64,000 nucleotides of DNA from Craspedostauros australis (Eukaryota). Below, one piece after another: positions 22,181 to 33,600 of this stretch. A program made the position numbers and the translations under genes. The DNA lies in assembly GCA_030167865.1 (NCBI GenBank), contig JALAGF010006229.1:1-64000 (forward strand). The letters run 5' to 3'. Below the pieces are notes generated by a model, which was given only the letters and a program-made list of their open reading frames with translations, searched no databases and was not told the origin of the DNA. Each line of letters starts with the position of its first letter. The stretch's first letter is position 1.

Positions 22181-23587
22181 TCATTCCATGGCATTCGATG
22201 GATCGATTTTGAAAGTGGATGCGTAAGAGGAGCAATCAGCCTTCGCAATGCCCACCTGATGTCCCTGGGTGTCGTACAGTATCTCATACCCAAACATCGC
22301 ATTACCACCCAACACGGCACCTTCCTTCTCATCCACGTAGAGCCGATTCGTGAGTCTCTTGGTGGACCTCCATGGCACCACCTTACCTGTCGACCCGTCC
22401 ACTGGCACGTGTTCCAAGAAGTTGGCAGGCTCCATCACGATCCTCACTCCATTGACAAGGTGGATGGTCACTGTGGGGACCATCCGAAAGTCGTTGTACG
22501 TGAAGCTCTGCGTCTTGTCCTTGCCGAACAGTGCCCGCGCACGGATGTCCGTTTTCGCCATGGCCCGTGCCATCGCCGCCTTGATAACGGCGGCAACGGC
22601 CATGGGCAAGTAGGTGTCGGTCGTGCCCGTGTCCAAGATGGTGCCCTTACCCTGATTGAAGACATCCAGTTTGGAAGCCGAGGCTTTATCGTCCTTCGCA
22701 AGCACCCTCTCATTGCCAACATCCACAGCTACGACCTCGATGGAGAAGAAGCCATGCTCGCGGTACAACGGAACAAACCTCATCGGCTCCTTGTGTTGAG
22801 CATTGGGATGGGTTCCGCCGAGCGATATTTGCCCACTCTCCTTGGTCAAGCACAGGCTGAACGCGTCCTTGGCAATCACGCCCTCCTTCGCCATGTTCTT
22901 CAGCAGAGACGTGTCGTGCCTCGCCAACCCGAAGATGCCATCCGCGTACTGATTCCGGAACAGACCGGTCGTTATGGTTTGACAACCGAACGAGTGCGGA
23001 ACGGCGGTCTGCATGTAATCCTCCAGGCTCGCTACGACGTCATCCGTCCCGATCCACACCATGTCTTCCATCTCGTATGCGGTCCAGCTGCTTCCCTCCG
23101 TGTACTTTTGCTTGATGGTGCAGTGCTGATCGTACATCCCGCACGAGGAGATCCCCGCCAGCCTGCATGCGCCACAATCCGCAATGTCCACCGACGACGA
23201 CAGCTGCGGGTCGAAGCGAGGGTTGGCATGCTTGCCGCACATGCCGCAATCCTTGCAGGAAAACGACATCAGCCGCGAACCAGTGTCGACGATCAGCGTT
23301 TGCTTCTGCGGCGGGCTGCCAACGTAGATGTTCACGTGATGCACGCCCGAGTGGGCGAAGAGCGGCGCCGTGACATTGGACGTCGTCACGTCGCTCCGGA
23401 TGACGGCCGGCCGCGGGTGATGTTCGTGGAGATCATGGGAGTTGCGTGCGCTGCGCAACTGCGACAGATGCCGGTGCGATGACTGCTCGGCACGACGCAG
23501 ATCACTCTCCTCGTGCCGGTCATCGCTCTGCGCATTCGCCAGCACCGGCGCAATCACGATCAAGACCAGCAGTGGCAGGAGTCGCAT
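22181..23587 (-). CDS. Secretory A1 (pepsin-like) aspartic protease, plasmepsin V/ASP5-like
   Basis: Signal peptide MRLLPLLVLIVIAPVLANA. Catalytic IVDTGS and ILDTGTTDTY. Cys-rich insert CKDCGMCGKH...CGAC...C...C, then YTEGSSW, FGCQTITTGLFRNQYADGIFGL and VLGGNAM. Confidence 0.92.
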   Translation of the reverse strand: MRLLPLLVLIVIAPVLANAQSDDRHEESDLRRAEQSSHRHLSQLRSARNSHDLHEHHPRPAVIRSDVTTSNVTAPLFAHSGVHHVNIYVGSPPQKQTLIVDTGSRLMSFSCKDCGMCGKHANPRFDPQLSSSVDIADCGACRLAGISSCGMYDQHCTIKQKYTEGSSWTAYEMEDMVWIGTDDVVASLEDYMQTAVPHSFGCQTITTGLFRNQYADGIFGLARHDTSLLKNMAKEGVIAKDAFSLCLTKESGQISLGGTHPNAQHKEPMRFVPLYREHGFFSIEVVAVDVGNERVLAKDDKASASKLDVFNQGKGTILDTGTTDTYLPMAVAAVIKAAMARAMAKTDIRARALFGKDKTQSFTYNDFRMVPTVTIHLVNGVRIVMEPANFLEHVPVDGSTGKVVPWRSTKRLTNRLYVDEKEGAVLGGNAMFGYEILYDTQGHQVGIAKADCSSYASTFKIDPSNAME

Positions 23588-24084
23588 TGGTGATGTGCGG
23601 GTACGAGGACGAGTGTGGATGGTGCAGGTTGTGCCACCAACAACGAGTTCTCTGCTATTATGCACGAGTACGTGCAAGCATGGTGCCAATACGTGCAACT
23701 ACGACTACACGCTGTGCTGATTCCCACCACCCCAACCAGATTTCGCCAAGGCGGCTGATTCGGGAAAAGTAACCGAGACTCGACTCATGCGAATGCATCC
23801 ATTGCTTGTTCAAAACTCGACTGAAACAAGGAAAAAATGAAGAACGGAAGAAACGGGTGGAAAATGGTCGTGAATGAATCGACATAACTATATGAGAATG
23901 AAGGACAGCCTATTTCGAAGCCTAACTTCTACCTACGCCTACCATGCACACAAGCCATCAAGCATCAACCACACGCCACATGCCACCGCCCACAATACTA
24001 AATATTCACAGGCGCAGTAGAAGACTCATGGCTGACCATTCATTATTGCTTGGTGGCCGTCCTTCAACCGCCAGCCTCCGCATG

Positions 24085-24106
24085 CTCTCTCTCTCTCTCT
24101 CTCTCT
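24085..24106. repeat. (CT)11 microsatellite
   Basis: Directly visible. Confidence 0.9.
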
Positions 24107-24182
24107 GTCTGTTTCTTTCTGCTGAGTTTGTGAACGGGGCACCATCAAAATGCTGCTACACTCTATCTGCAATTGTATGGTA

Positions 24183-25654
24183 TCACCCGTGGTAGGAATC
24201 TGCGGAGCAGTTGTGCCAATTCGGAGGTATCATGGGCGCCACCGGAGGATGCGGCGTTGATTCCGCGAGGTCCTTAGGTTGATTGATGGCATCGATGTAG
24301 CATTGCATGTACGGGCAGGATTGGTCGACGCTCACGAAGTACGCATACTGGCAGGTCAAGACGGGATCTCTGCCGTACACGGAAATGCCGTTGATGTAGG
24401 CTCCCCAAGCCCAAGCCATGACCGCCCTGGACCACCAGACGTCGAAATTGGCGTGCATTCCGAAGAGCCATCCAGCGTACCAATGATGCATGTGGAAATA
24501 GGTGGATGTCGTTAATGGCAGGAGGAAGAAGAAGAAGCACATCGCCATCTCCGTGAGCTTGAGCAGGATGATGCCTCTCATGTATGCTCGTTTGATGTGG
24601 AGGTAAATGATGATGAGAGCCAGCGGCACCATCGTGAAAACGAACAGCCAAAGCTGCCATGGCCAAACTGAATGGTAGAGAGAATGGTACAGGCGGCAGG
24701 AAGAATGTACGCACGCACAAAACACGCACACACATTTATTCAGTTGTGGAGAGTTGGAAATGAGAGTGGTGAGTCAAGATAATGATGTTTGCCAACGCCC
24801 AACGAACGCCGATGCACTCGGGAGCTTCCATGATCTCAGCATGCAGAGATCTGAGCCCGCATTGAATCGGTCACACAGCGTTTGCCATTCCATGCCATTC
24901 GATTCAAACGCACGCGTAGCAAGGTGCGAGTACTGCAGAGCAGAGTACAGGAGTACGTACCGCAATGCATCTCGTAGAGCGTAACGGAGTGCTGCAGCCA
25001 TGTGAAGTACTGCTGACATTCAAAGTACAGATTGCACAGCAGCACCCAGCCAATCCATGCCAGATTATCGATGCCACGTTGCTTGTGCAGACGTCCCACA
25101 AGGAAGAAGATGACGGTATCCGCGATGATGGAGTTTCCTTCGAACACGATGAGCTGCCACAGCTCCAAGCTCTTGTCGCGATCGTCTACCCATCTCGACA
25201 CCGCGGCATGCGTGATCGCGATGCTGCCAAAGGTGAATATGACGAATTTCAGCAGCTTGACTGCGAACGTTCCGTCCATGATCGCGATGCCGCAGATGGA
25301 GAATCGGTCGTCGGGGAACAGATTCGTGTGCAAAACTCGGATCGTTCTTTGGATGATGAGAGATGCAGCGCCCTCGTTGTCGTGGACTGCATTTGATGGC
25401 GATAGCTGATCATCGTCAGCATCGTCGTTGCCGCCACTGCTTCCATTGCCACCAACGGTGCCGAAACCGTCATCACCATCACCATCACCATGATCGTCGT
25501 CGTGGTAGTCACATGCAGGAATCTCCCCTGCCTCTGCGGTCGACGCAAGCCTTTCCTGGTGCTCATCTTCGAAGAAGTCCTCATCTGTCGCTAGCGTTGC
25601 GTACTTCTGGTCCCTCCGGGCACCCTCCACTTTCAGCAAGTCCTGTGTGTCCAT
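24183..25654 (-). CDS. Multi-pass membrane protein of unknown function (2 exons)
   Basis: Exons 25654-24961 and 24667-24183 (GTACG...TTCAG) join EMHC-VWPWQLW in frame. Acidic N-terminal tail, several TM helices, YFHMHHWYAGW motif and a Cys-containing C-terminal tail. Confidence 0.8.
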
Positions 25655-26111
25655 TCTCAATGCTATCTTGTGCGCGTCTGCGTCGCTCTGCCGTTGGCCT
25701 GAGTGCTTGTGCCAGTGAGCTTGTGCTAGTGATCTCTCCTGGTGGCGTGTTGGGGTTCGCCATGCACAGGCAACAAAGAAGGGATGAATATAGTACGTAG
25801 CTCGTCGGCGAATCCTCAGAAGATGTTCCGTTTCATTGTGTTGTGATGTGATGTGCTGTTTGGTCTTTCGCAGTGTTTGTGGCGCGAGTGTGGAATCTGG
25901 CGCGAAGACAAGATCTCCAATCGTGACAAAGTTCTCCGGTTGGACCAACACGACTGCAACGGCAACACGTCTGCACCTGAAGCTCGTACTCGCAGAGAGT
26001 GAGAATGGCCAAAGAGGCTGTCATTACATACGAGCTACCTTCAAGTACAAGCTATACATGCTTCGCAGGATCTACACAACCTACATGCGCGTGCGATTCT
26101 GATACTCTACT

Positions 26112-28316
26112 CTACGTCGAGACGCTCTCCTCCAGCTGGAGCATGAGCTTCGAGAGTTTCTCCTCCAGCGGAGGAAGAGACTGCTGGATCACATCCCTCG
26201 CCTCCATCCGCTGTCGTTGCGCATCAGCAATCTTTCGGCGCAAAGGATCCTTGTTCTTCTCGAGGCTCTCGTTCATGCTTTTGAGGAACGCGGAGTCATC
26301 GGACACCTTCTTGTGACGTCGCTTCATGGAGACCAACTTCTGCGAAAGCTGCTTGCGCTCTTGTCGCAAGGCCGCGATGTGCCCCTGCGTGCCGGACCGT
26401 GCCTTGCCGCCACGGTAACCATTAGTGGACGCCACGTGCTCCCTCCGGATCTCTTGCAACCGGCTCTCGTAGTAGATGCGTTGCTGTTCCAGTTGGCTCT
26501 TGAGAAGGGTGTAGTACTGAGACGCGAAGCCCTCCAGCTTGCGATGCATGACCTCTCCCTCCTGCGTGTCGGACAGGCCAGGATTCAGCGACCGTTCTGC
26601 CGAGGTCGTGTTGTTCGGATCGTTGGCTTCGACGATCTTGCCATCCTCCTTGTTCTGGAGCAAGCGATGCACGTACCCCTGGCCTGCGAAATCCCAAACA
26701 TGTTGCGTTTCCGTGTCCAATGCGTACGCATGCAGCGTGTTGTCGTAGTGCTGACGCGCGTGCGACATCAACAGCTGCTGATGATTCTGGGCCGCAGCAT
26801 TTGCATTGGGGAAGGCATCCGGAGACGACGAGGAAGCGGATGGTGGGACTGCCGATGCCGACGAACTGCGGCAAGCGACGTCGTCCGTGTTTCCACCCAT
26901 GTTCCCGTGGTATGATGGGTTTGCCTGGTTTGCCGCAGACGAAACACCTGCGCATGATACGACCCCGCAAATCAAGCACACGTAGTTGCGTTCCGTTGTG
27001 CCGCAGACGTGGCATTGGCTCAAGGCTTCGTTGAGTCCGGAGTGGTCGTACCGGCAGACCGGGCATGGTGAATCCTGGCAACGAAAGAGACAGTCCAAAT
27101 GGAACGTGTGATTGCAGACCGTCGTCAGGATGGAGGACGGTTCTTTGGTATCATCAAATCCGTGCCTTGGTTCAATGAACATGTGATCCAGACAAACGGC
27201 GCAGTTGTGGTTCTCCTCTGAGATGTTGTGCGGAGAAGCGGCTTTCTTGTCGCGCTGCCTCTTGTCATGCTGCTTCTTCCCGCCATCGCCATCAATCGAT
27301 GAAGAAGACGAGAGGATCTCCAACACGCCCGTCGCCGTGCTCTTTGTGGACGGGGCGAAGATCGGTGACATCAGCGAGACATTGTCGTGACCTCGCAGCG
27401 CCAGCACGTGTCGGATGTTGCAGACGACCGACTCATCCAGGATGGTGTAGGGTTGACCATCAAGGTCATTGACGAAATTTACCGCATCGTCTGGCGTCCA
27501 AAGCTGCACCAAGACCAAGTAGTTTCGTTCCGTCTGCCTTTTCTCCGGCATGGTGCTGTCCGCGTAGTTGTACTGATAACTGTCGCTGTACTTGGCCTCG
27601 TCGTCTCCAACTTGTTGGCTGTGAATACGGTCGAAGTCGTAGCCTCTCGCAGAATGTTTGGAATCGGTATCGCCCGAAAGGCTTGCCATTTTTATGCTGC
27701 GGCTCGATGAGTGCAGCTCATCTTCCGAGGCTCGCAAGGATAGCGCTGACGCAGCGCTCTCCATGGACGGTATATGCGGCAAGGATGCGACGCTGAGGTT
27801 GTGGTCAGGGTCCTGACTGTGACTTTGGCTGTGATTGTGATCGTGATGCAAAGATGCCTTGGTCGTTCCGGATGGCGAAGTCAGCTCCATGCCATCATGT
27901 TTCGACGATGATGGAGCCAGTTCGTCTGGATCATTGTCATCTTCAGCAATTACGATGCGCACATGCTGAATGGATGGCAGGTGAGCTCTTGCCAGGTTGA
28001 GCACTCCCTCTGGAACTTGCTCCGGTGGCACACCCACCATGGCAACAATGCGTTCTGTTGCCACCGCTCCTTCAATGATGGGACGATCCTTCAGCTGGCT
28101 CGCAGGCGCGTGCGCGGCGCCATCATTATCGCCGTCACCAACATCGCTATCATCATTACGCTGCCCATCATGGCCATAGCCGTGCGACGCCCCGTGCGAT
28201 GCACCCTCAAGGGTGTACACATTGCCCTTGTAGGTTCCCAAGGCAGGGTTTCCGAAGCTGACGATCCGCCTTCGGAACTTGGCTCGTTCTGCTGTCTCTG
28301 TTCCCGTTTGCTGCAT
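26112..28316 (-). CDS. BRAP: BRCA1-associated protein/ETP1-like RING and ZnF-UBP E3 ubiquitin ligase
   Basis: BRAP2-like segment (NYLVLVQL...FVNDLDGQPY), RING CAVCLD...CNHTFHLDC...CPVCRY, ZnF-UBP CHVC...CLICG..SC...HARQHY...HAY...VWDFAGQGYVHRL, then YYTLLKSQLEQQRIYYE and a coiled coil. Confidence 0.93.
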   Translation of the reverse strand: MQQTGTETAERAKFRRRIVSFGNPALGTYKGNVYTLEGASHGASHGYGHDGQRNDDSDVGDGDNDGAAHAPASQLKDRPIIEGAVATERIVAMVGVPPEQVPEGVLNLARAHLPSIQHVRIVIAEDDNDPDELAPSSSKHDGMELTSPSGTTKASLHHDHNHSQSHSQDPDHNLSVASLPHIPSMESAASALSLRASEDELHSSSRSIKMASLSGDTDSKHSARGYDFDRIHSQQVGDDEAKYSDSYQYNYADSTMPEKRQTERNYLVLVQLWTPDDAVNFVNDLDGQPYTILDESVVCNIRHVLALRGHDNVSLMSPIFAPSTKSTATGVLEILSSSSSIDGDGGKKQHDKRQRDKKAASPHNISEENHNCAVCLDHMFIEPRHGFDDTKEPSSILTTVCNHTFHLDCLFRCQDSPCPVCRYDHSGLNEALSQCHVCGTTERNYVCLICGVVSCAGVSSAANQANPSYHGNMGGNTDDVACRSSSASAVPPSASSSSPDAFPNANAAAQNHQQLLMSHARQHYDNTLHAYALDTETQHVWDFAGQGYVHRLLQNKEDGKIVEANDPNNTTSAERSLNPGLSDTQEGEVMHRKLEGFASQYYTLLKSQLEQQRIYYESRLQEIRREHVASTNGYRGGKARSGTQGHIAALRQERKQLSQKLVSMKRRHKKVSDDSAFLKSMNESLEKNKDPLRRKIADAQRQRMEARDVIQQSLPPLEEKLSKLMLQLEESVST

Positions 28317-28954
28317 CTTCTCGGCTCAATGGATGAGAAAGATTGCAAGTATGTCTGCAAAGATGTTCTTTCCTGATGATACTCTGCTCTGCGCTTCTGT
28401 AGTCGTACTGTTGGAATACTCTCCCTCTTCCCCTCTCTCAAGAGATTACATGCATCATGTGACAGGTATCAGTGCTCCTGTATTACATTGATCGGGTGAG
28501 CGCGTGTCCTTCTCCTTCTGTTTGTGTGTCCATTGGGTGATTGGCGATGTTTCGATCATGTTCTGTTGGTGTCTGTTCACGTGTGCCTTCGACGAAATCG
28601 TTGGAAATCAAGTCGAGTCGTGGGTACTCAGGAACGAAACGCGACATCACAGCCTCCATTTGATTCATTTGATTCATTTGATGCATTTGACCTCATTTCC
28701 GCCCCCCACGCTCCAACAGCGAGCGTGTCTCCCTTGGTTGTTGTTGGTGATGTATCCTTCCTTGCACAATCTGTTGCTTCTTGGATTCTTGTTCTCAGAG
28801 GAGGGGAAGAAGAACAAAGAATCAAACCTGAATCTCGGAGGAGTTCGCATCCGCTCTCGTGGCTTTGGCCGCACGCATGCGCTGCAATGCCTGGGGTCCA
28901 AGCGTCAGGACGCACAAAGCCTGTACCCACCGCGTCGGCCATCTCGTTTGGGAT

Positions 28955-30214
28955 ATGCTCAAAAAAACGCTGAGCGATCCCAAGAAGAGCAACTCCAACT
29001 GCAGAACATCGATGACGACGACGATGGCGGTGGAGACAGCGATGACAACCAACACCCACAACGTGAACGATGACAGCCAAAGGAGAACGATGGTAGATGA
29101 ACATCTGGGCGTCTGGTCATTACGATGGAACCGAGAAGAGAGCACGGCGTGCGTGGCACAGGGCATCATCGTCAAGGGCGACAATGTGTGGCTTTCCTGC
29201 ACCACATACCTGCTCAAGGGTACGATTGGATATGCGAATGAAAGCAGCGCTGATGGCAAACCCCGTGGTGGGCCGACGCAGATTACGATCACGGACTCCG
29301 ACATGAATGCCTTGTCCGAACCACGTGGGATTCACCAAGACTACGGTCACATCGGTGATGGATCTTACATGGAGCTTGCGAACGGAGACGAGGAGATTTG
29401 GTTTGGATTGGAAGATGGAGAATGGCCGCGCCGCCAGAATGCTGCAATCGTGCGGTATGATGCGAAGACGTTGCAATTCCGAGGTTTCCATGCACACCCC
29501 AGCTTGCTGCACATGCCGTGGTTGGCCTGCGACAGCGATCGACACGTGGCGTACACCTCAGATTTTAGCGGAGTGACTGAGTTGACGGTCTTCGACATTG
29601 ATCGTATGGAGTGGATGAACGCGACCATGGATGGGGGTGCCGCTGTGCCCTCCATCAAGAATATGCCACCATTCTTCATTGCGAATGGCGGCATCAACTA
29701 CATCCAAGGAGGCCAGGTGATGGATGACAAACTTTTCATTATTTCGGACGACTACAAAGGCTCTGTGATCGCCTTGAGTCTGGATGGCCAAAACGCAGGC
29801 GAAATTCTCTCGATCTGGCAACCAGGTCTGGGCAACGAGAGGGAGGGCATGGCAATGACTCACGAGTATCTCTTTTCGCTCGGGAACCGATGGACGACTT
29901 GGGAGAACCAAAGCTTCGCTGAGGTGCTTTGTTTGCCGATCATTCGTCACGACGATGAAGACTCCGACGGTACATCACACGACGGCGCCAATTTTCCCTT
30001 CCGTGATGGGAAAGGCAGTTTCTTGACCGGGGTGCTCACGGGGATGGGAGTTGCACTTTTTCTGTACAAAGTCGTTCAGCGCGTATCCTCGGTTGCTCAG
30101 TCAGGAAGAAGCATTGATACCCGTAGAAGTCCAACCACCGACGGTGATGCCTCAACGTATGATTTGGGATACAGAGATGAGCCTACGCCAGGCACTGAGA
30201 TAGAGCTATCTTAG
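28955..30214 (+). CDS. Hypothetical beta-propeller-like protein with a C-terminal TM helix (start uncertain)
   Basis: Long intronless ORF with blade-like segments AQGIIV, GHIGDGSY, MPWLACD, IQGGQV and EREGMAM. TM segment FLTGVLTGMGVALFLY. Confidence 0.7.
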   Translation: MLKKTLSDPKKSNSNCRTSMTTTMAVETAMTTNTHNVNDDSQRRTMVDEHLGVWSLRWNREESTACVAQGIIVKGDNVWLSCTTYLLKGTIGYANESSADGKPRGGPTQITITDSDMNALSEPRGIHQDYGHIGDGSYMELANGDEEIWFGLEDGEWPRRQNAAIVRYDAKTLQFRGFHAHPSLLHMPWLACDSDRHVAYTSDFSGVTELTVFDIDRMEWMNATMDGGAAVPSIKNMPPFFIANGGINYIQGGQVMDDKLFIISDDYKGSVIALSLDGQNAGEILSIWQPGLGNEREGMAMTHEYLFSLGNRWTTWENQSFAEVLCLPIIRHDDEDSDGTSHDGANFPFRDGKGSFLTGVLTGMGVALFLYKVVQRVSSVAQSGRSIDTRRSPTTDGDASTYDLGYRDEPTPGTEIELS

Positions 30215-30674
30215 TAGAGAAAGGAATCAGTGTATCCATACTCAGCTTGTACACTATTTTCCATGGTGACGCTAATGCAGATACGGATTGGGCTGAGAAG
30301 AAAAACTTACTACTACCGCTCGCACGAGTACGCCATGGAATACGACCTGAACTAGTGCGAGCCATTATGTGGAGTGGAGAATTGATGGCGCTGCACAGCG
30401 CTGGATTCAGGCCGGAGTCAACGATCAGATGTACGAGTAGAGTGTTGCCGACGACTGATGCCTAGACTGACAAGGATGCGACCAACACCAGTGTGTTCCA
30501 TGCTCTTATCAAATTTCCACCTCCATCATGCTGTTGCTGTTGCAGCAAGTTTCCCTTTTCGTGTGGCGAGAGGAGTGCACAGGGGAGCCAAACACGAGAG
30601 ATACCCGCGCCCGAATGGTCAGAGGAGAGTTGCGCAAGAGAGTTTTGCATTGGGCAATCGACAACAACAAGCTC

Positions 30675-33600
30675 TCACCGATGATACATCTGATCCAACT
30701 CACGACGCAGAACACCGGTCAAATAAGCAGTGCGATTTCTCATGGAACCCTTGTCCATGGCGACGAAGCGGTTGATGGTATTGAGAGAGATATGCTCGGG
30801 GAGTTGAGTGAATATCCCAAGCATGCCTTCATCCAGGTACTGTCCAATCTGTCCCGATGACTGGAGATTGCGGAGAAGCTGTTGGATGCCGATCGGGATT
30901 TCGTGAAATCGGGCGGAAACGCGATGAGGATCATTTGCATTTGCATGCCCATTTGCGTTTCCGTTTGCGTACCCATTCATATGCCCATCGTTGCGGTTGC
31001 CATGGCCTCCATGGCGATTTTGCATCGCTTGCTGGTTCATCTGGGGCTGGTAGCGATTCTGCTGCGGGGCCATCATATTCGTATTGGGCTGGAAGTTCTG
31101 ATGCATTGGAGGAGGTGGAGGTTGTTGCTGCTGTTGCGGTCGATATGGCTGTTGCTGTTGTTGTTGCTGCTGCTGCATGGCAGGGTTTTGGAAAGCACGC
31201 TGATTTGGATTTGTGGGATGGACGGCATTGCGCTGAGGGGGGTAGGCAGGGGCAGGAACCGGGTTAGCGGCAAGAGCGCGAACAGCAGATGCAGCCTTGT
31301 CAGCAAGTCCGAGGATATCAACAGAACCAGCACCGCTCGTGCCCTGTCGTTGTTGCTGTTGTTGCATTTGGACCTGTTGCTGCTGCTGCTGTTGTTGGTT
31401 CTGCCACGTAGGCTGAGACATTGCAGGCATGCCCATTGCCATGGCCGGCGCGGGGGCTGGAACTTGCTGGTACTGTTGTGGCTGATGCTGAAGCTGTTGT
31501 TGTTGCTGCTGCGGAGCATACTGGTTTTGGAATTGGGCTTGCTGAGGAGGAGCACCTTGCTGCATCGCCTGGAAAGGTGCAGGAGCAAACGGTGCAGGCG
31601 CAGCTACATTGGGATTCATCAAGGGAACTTGCTGTATTTGAGGCTGGCGCTGTTGCTGCTGCGATTGCTGATTTTGAGGCATCTGGTAGGCAAGCTGCTG
31701 CTGTTGCTGTATTTGCTGCTGGCCCATTTGCTGTTGCTGCGGCTGGGAGATCTGGCCTGGCTCCATCTGTGACATCTGCGGCGTCATTTGGACTTGCTGT
31801 CTCATTTGCTGCTGACCCATTTGCGGTTGGCCAATCTGTTGCTGTCCCATTTGTTGTTGCTGCGGGATTTGCTGCTGTGGCATCATTCCTGGTGCCACTT
31901 GGGTCATCTGCTGTGGTGGCTGCTGTCGCATCATCCCTGGAACCATCTGGGTCATCTGTTGGGGTGCTTGCTGCGACATATGTTGGGGAGGCTGCTGAGG
32001 AACGCCCTGTGCAATGTGCTGGGGGGCCTGCTGAGGAACCATCTGCTGATGTGGCATTTGCTGAACCATTTGCTGCTGTGGCTGACCAATGGCAGCGGGA
32101 GCAACTTGGGGAGCTGCGTAATAGGATCCCATCTGCTGCTGTGCGGGTGCTGGAGGAACACGTGGTGGCGTTGGTGCTGATGGGGGAGGTGGTGGTGGAG
32201 GTGGCGGCGGGCCACGCATCGAGTTCTGCGGTTGTTTCGGCGGGTATTGATAGTTGCCGCCCATCTGGTGTTGTCCTTGATGCTGCTGGCGTTGCCCTTG
32301 ATGCTGCTGGTGTTGGCGTTGCTGTTGCTGATTGTGTTGGTGGCGGAAATCGCGATTGTTGCCGAACTGGTTGTGATGATGAACAGCGTTGTTCGGACTA
32401 CCGCCGTTTGGTCCGTAGGGAGGACCGTGCGTGTTGTCAAACTTCGACCTCTTGTTTGAACGGTTTTCGTTGTGGTGGCCATGCTTGCGGCCGTGATCAT
32501 AGCCGCTGTGGTGGCCTTTGCTGTGATTCTGGTTGAACCCATGGTTTGGGGCCTGTCCGTGCCCATAGTTTTGATGTGGCTGTGCCTGTTTCATGGCATT
32601 CATGCAAGCGTGACATCACATTACGAGCAGAGCCGAGGACAAGAATGTTGGGAGCAGGAAGATGGGTGAGTTTACTCTTGAGAGGCAATACTCTTCTCGT
32701 TGCAGGGTATGACGACTGCATCAGCACAATACATAGAAGGTGGACAAGATGTGGCAACATGCACACACAGTCTGCCCTCTGCTGCCTGCCCCTACACCCG
32801 CACAACAACACGCATGACACTTACCGGTGCTACATTGGGGTGCCGACCGTCTTTCCTCTTGCTTCCGACTCCGATTGCAGAATTGCCGTCAGTCCGGCCT
32901 TCGCCTCGCATGTAACGATTCAGAATGCCCATGAAGTAGCTCCCGAAGTTCCTGATGGAAGATCGGTTGACGGTGTTGAGCTCCTCGATGGCCAAACAGG
33001 CGTCCTTCTCGCTGAGCATGCGTAGCTTGCTAGTCACTTTGTCACTGAGCTGCGCCTTTGTGCAGTAGCCGTTTGATACCAACTTGGCGAGCATGGCGTG
33101 GATGTGGGGTGTGAGGCCTGCGCCCATGGGAACACCAGCATTGCCTCCGTTCTTTGCAAACCTCTCGTGGACTGCTACGTAACGCTTCATGACGCCGAAG
33201 AGATAGGCGCCCTTGTTGCGGATTGATTCCGGCTTGGTTTGCATCGCATCTTCATACTCCACCAGAGCGTCATGAAGCAGATCGACAGGTAGGCCCTTCA
33301 TTGCGTCAAGCAGCCGGCCATTCAAGACGTTGGAGGGGACTGTTGCGGGTATCTTCAGATCAGCAGGGAGTCCGTACTTGGTGGGGTTGACGGTCGATAC
33401 TCGATACTTGGGGGGCGTAGCTTTCGATCCTCTCTGTGATGATGCTGACGCTGCCTTGCTGGATTTCTTTGGGATGGCCGCGATCTTCGGGGTCTTGTTG
33501 GCAGTGACGATGCACGAGACGGGTCCGTCAGGCATCGGCGGCAGCCCTGGAATGGTTGTGGGCGGTTTCTTCGGTACAGTGCGCGCTGCCTTGGCTGCTT

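Noticed and set aside
21908..23482. 524-aa plus-strand ORF
   Set aside because: It is antisense to the aspartic protease and has no recognisable domain.
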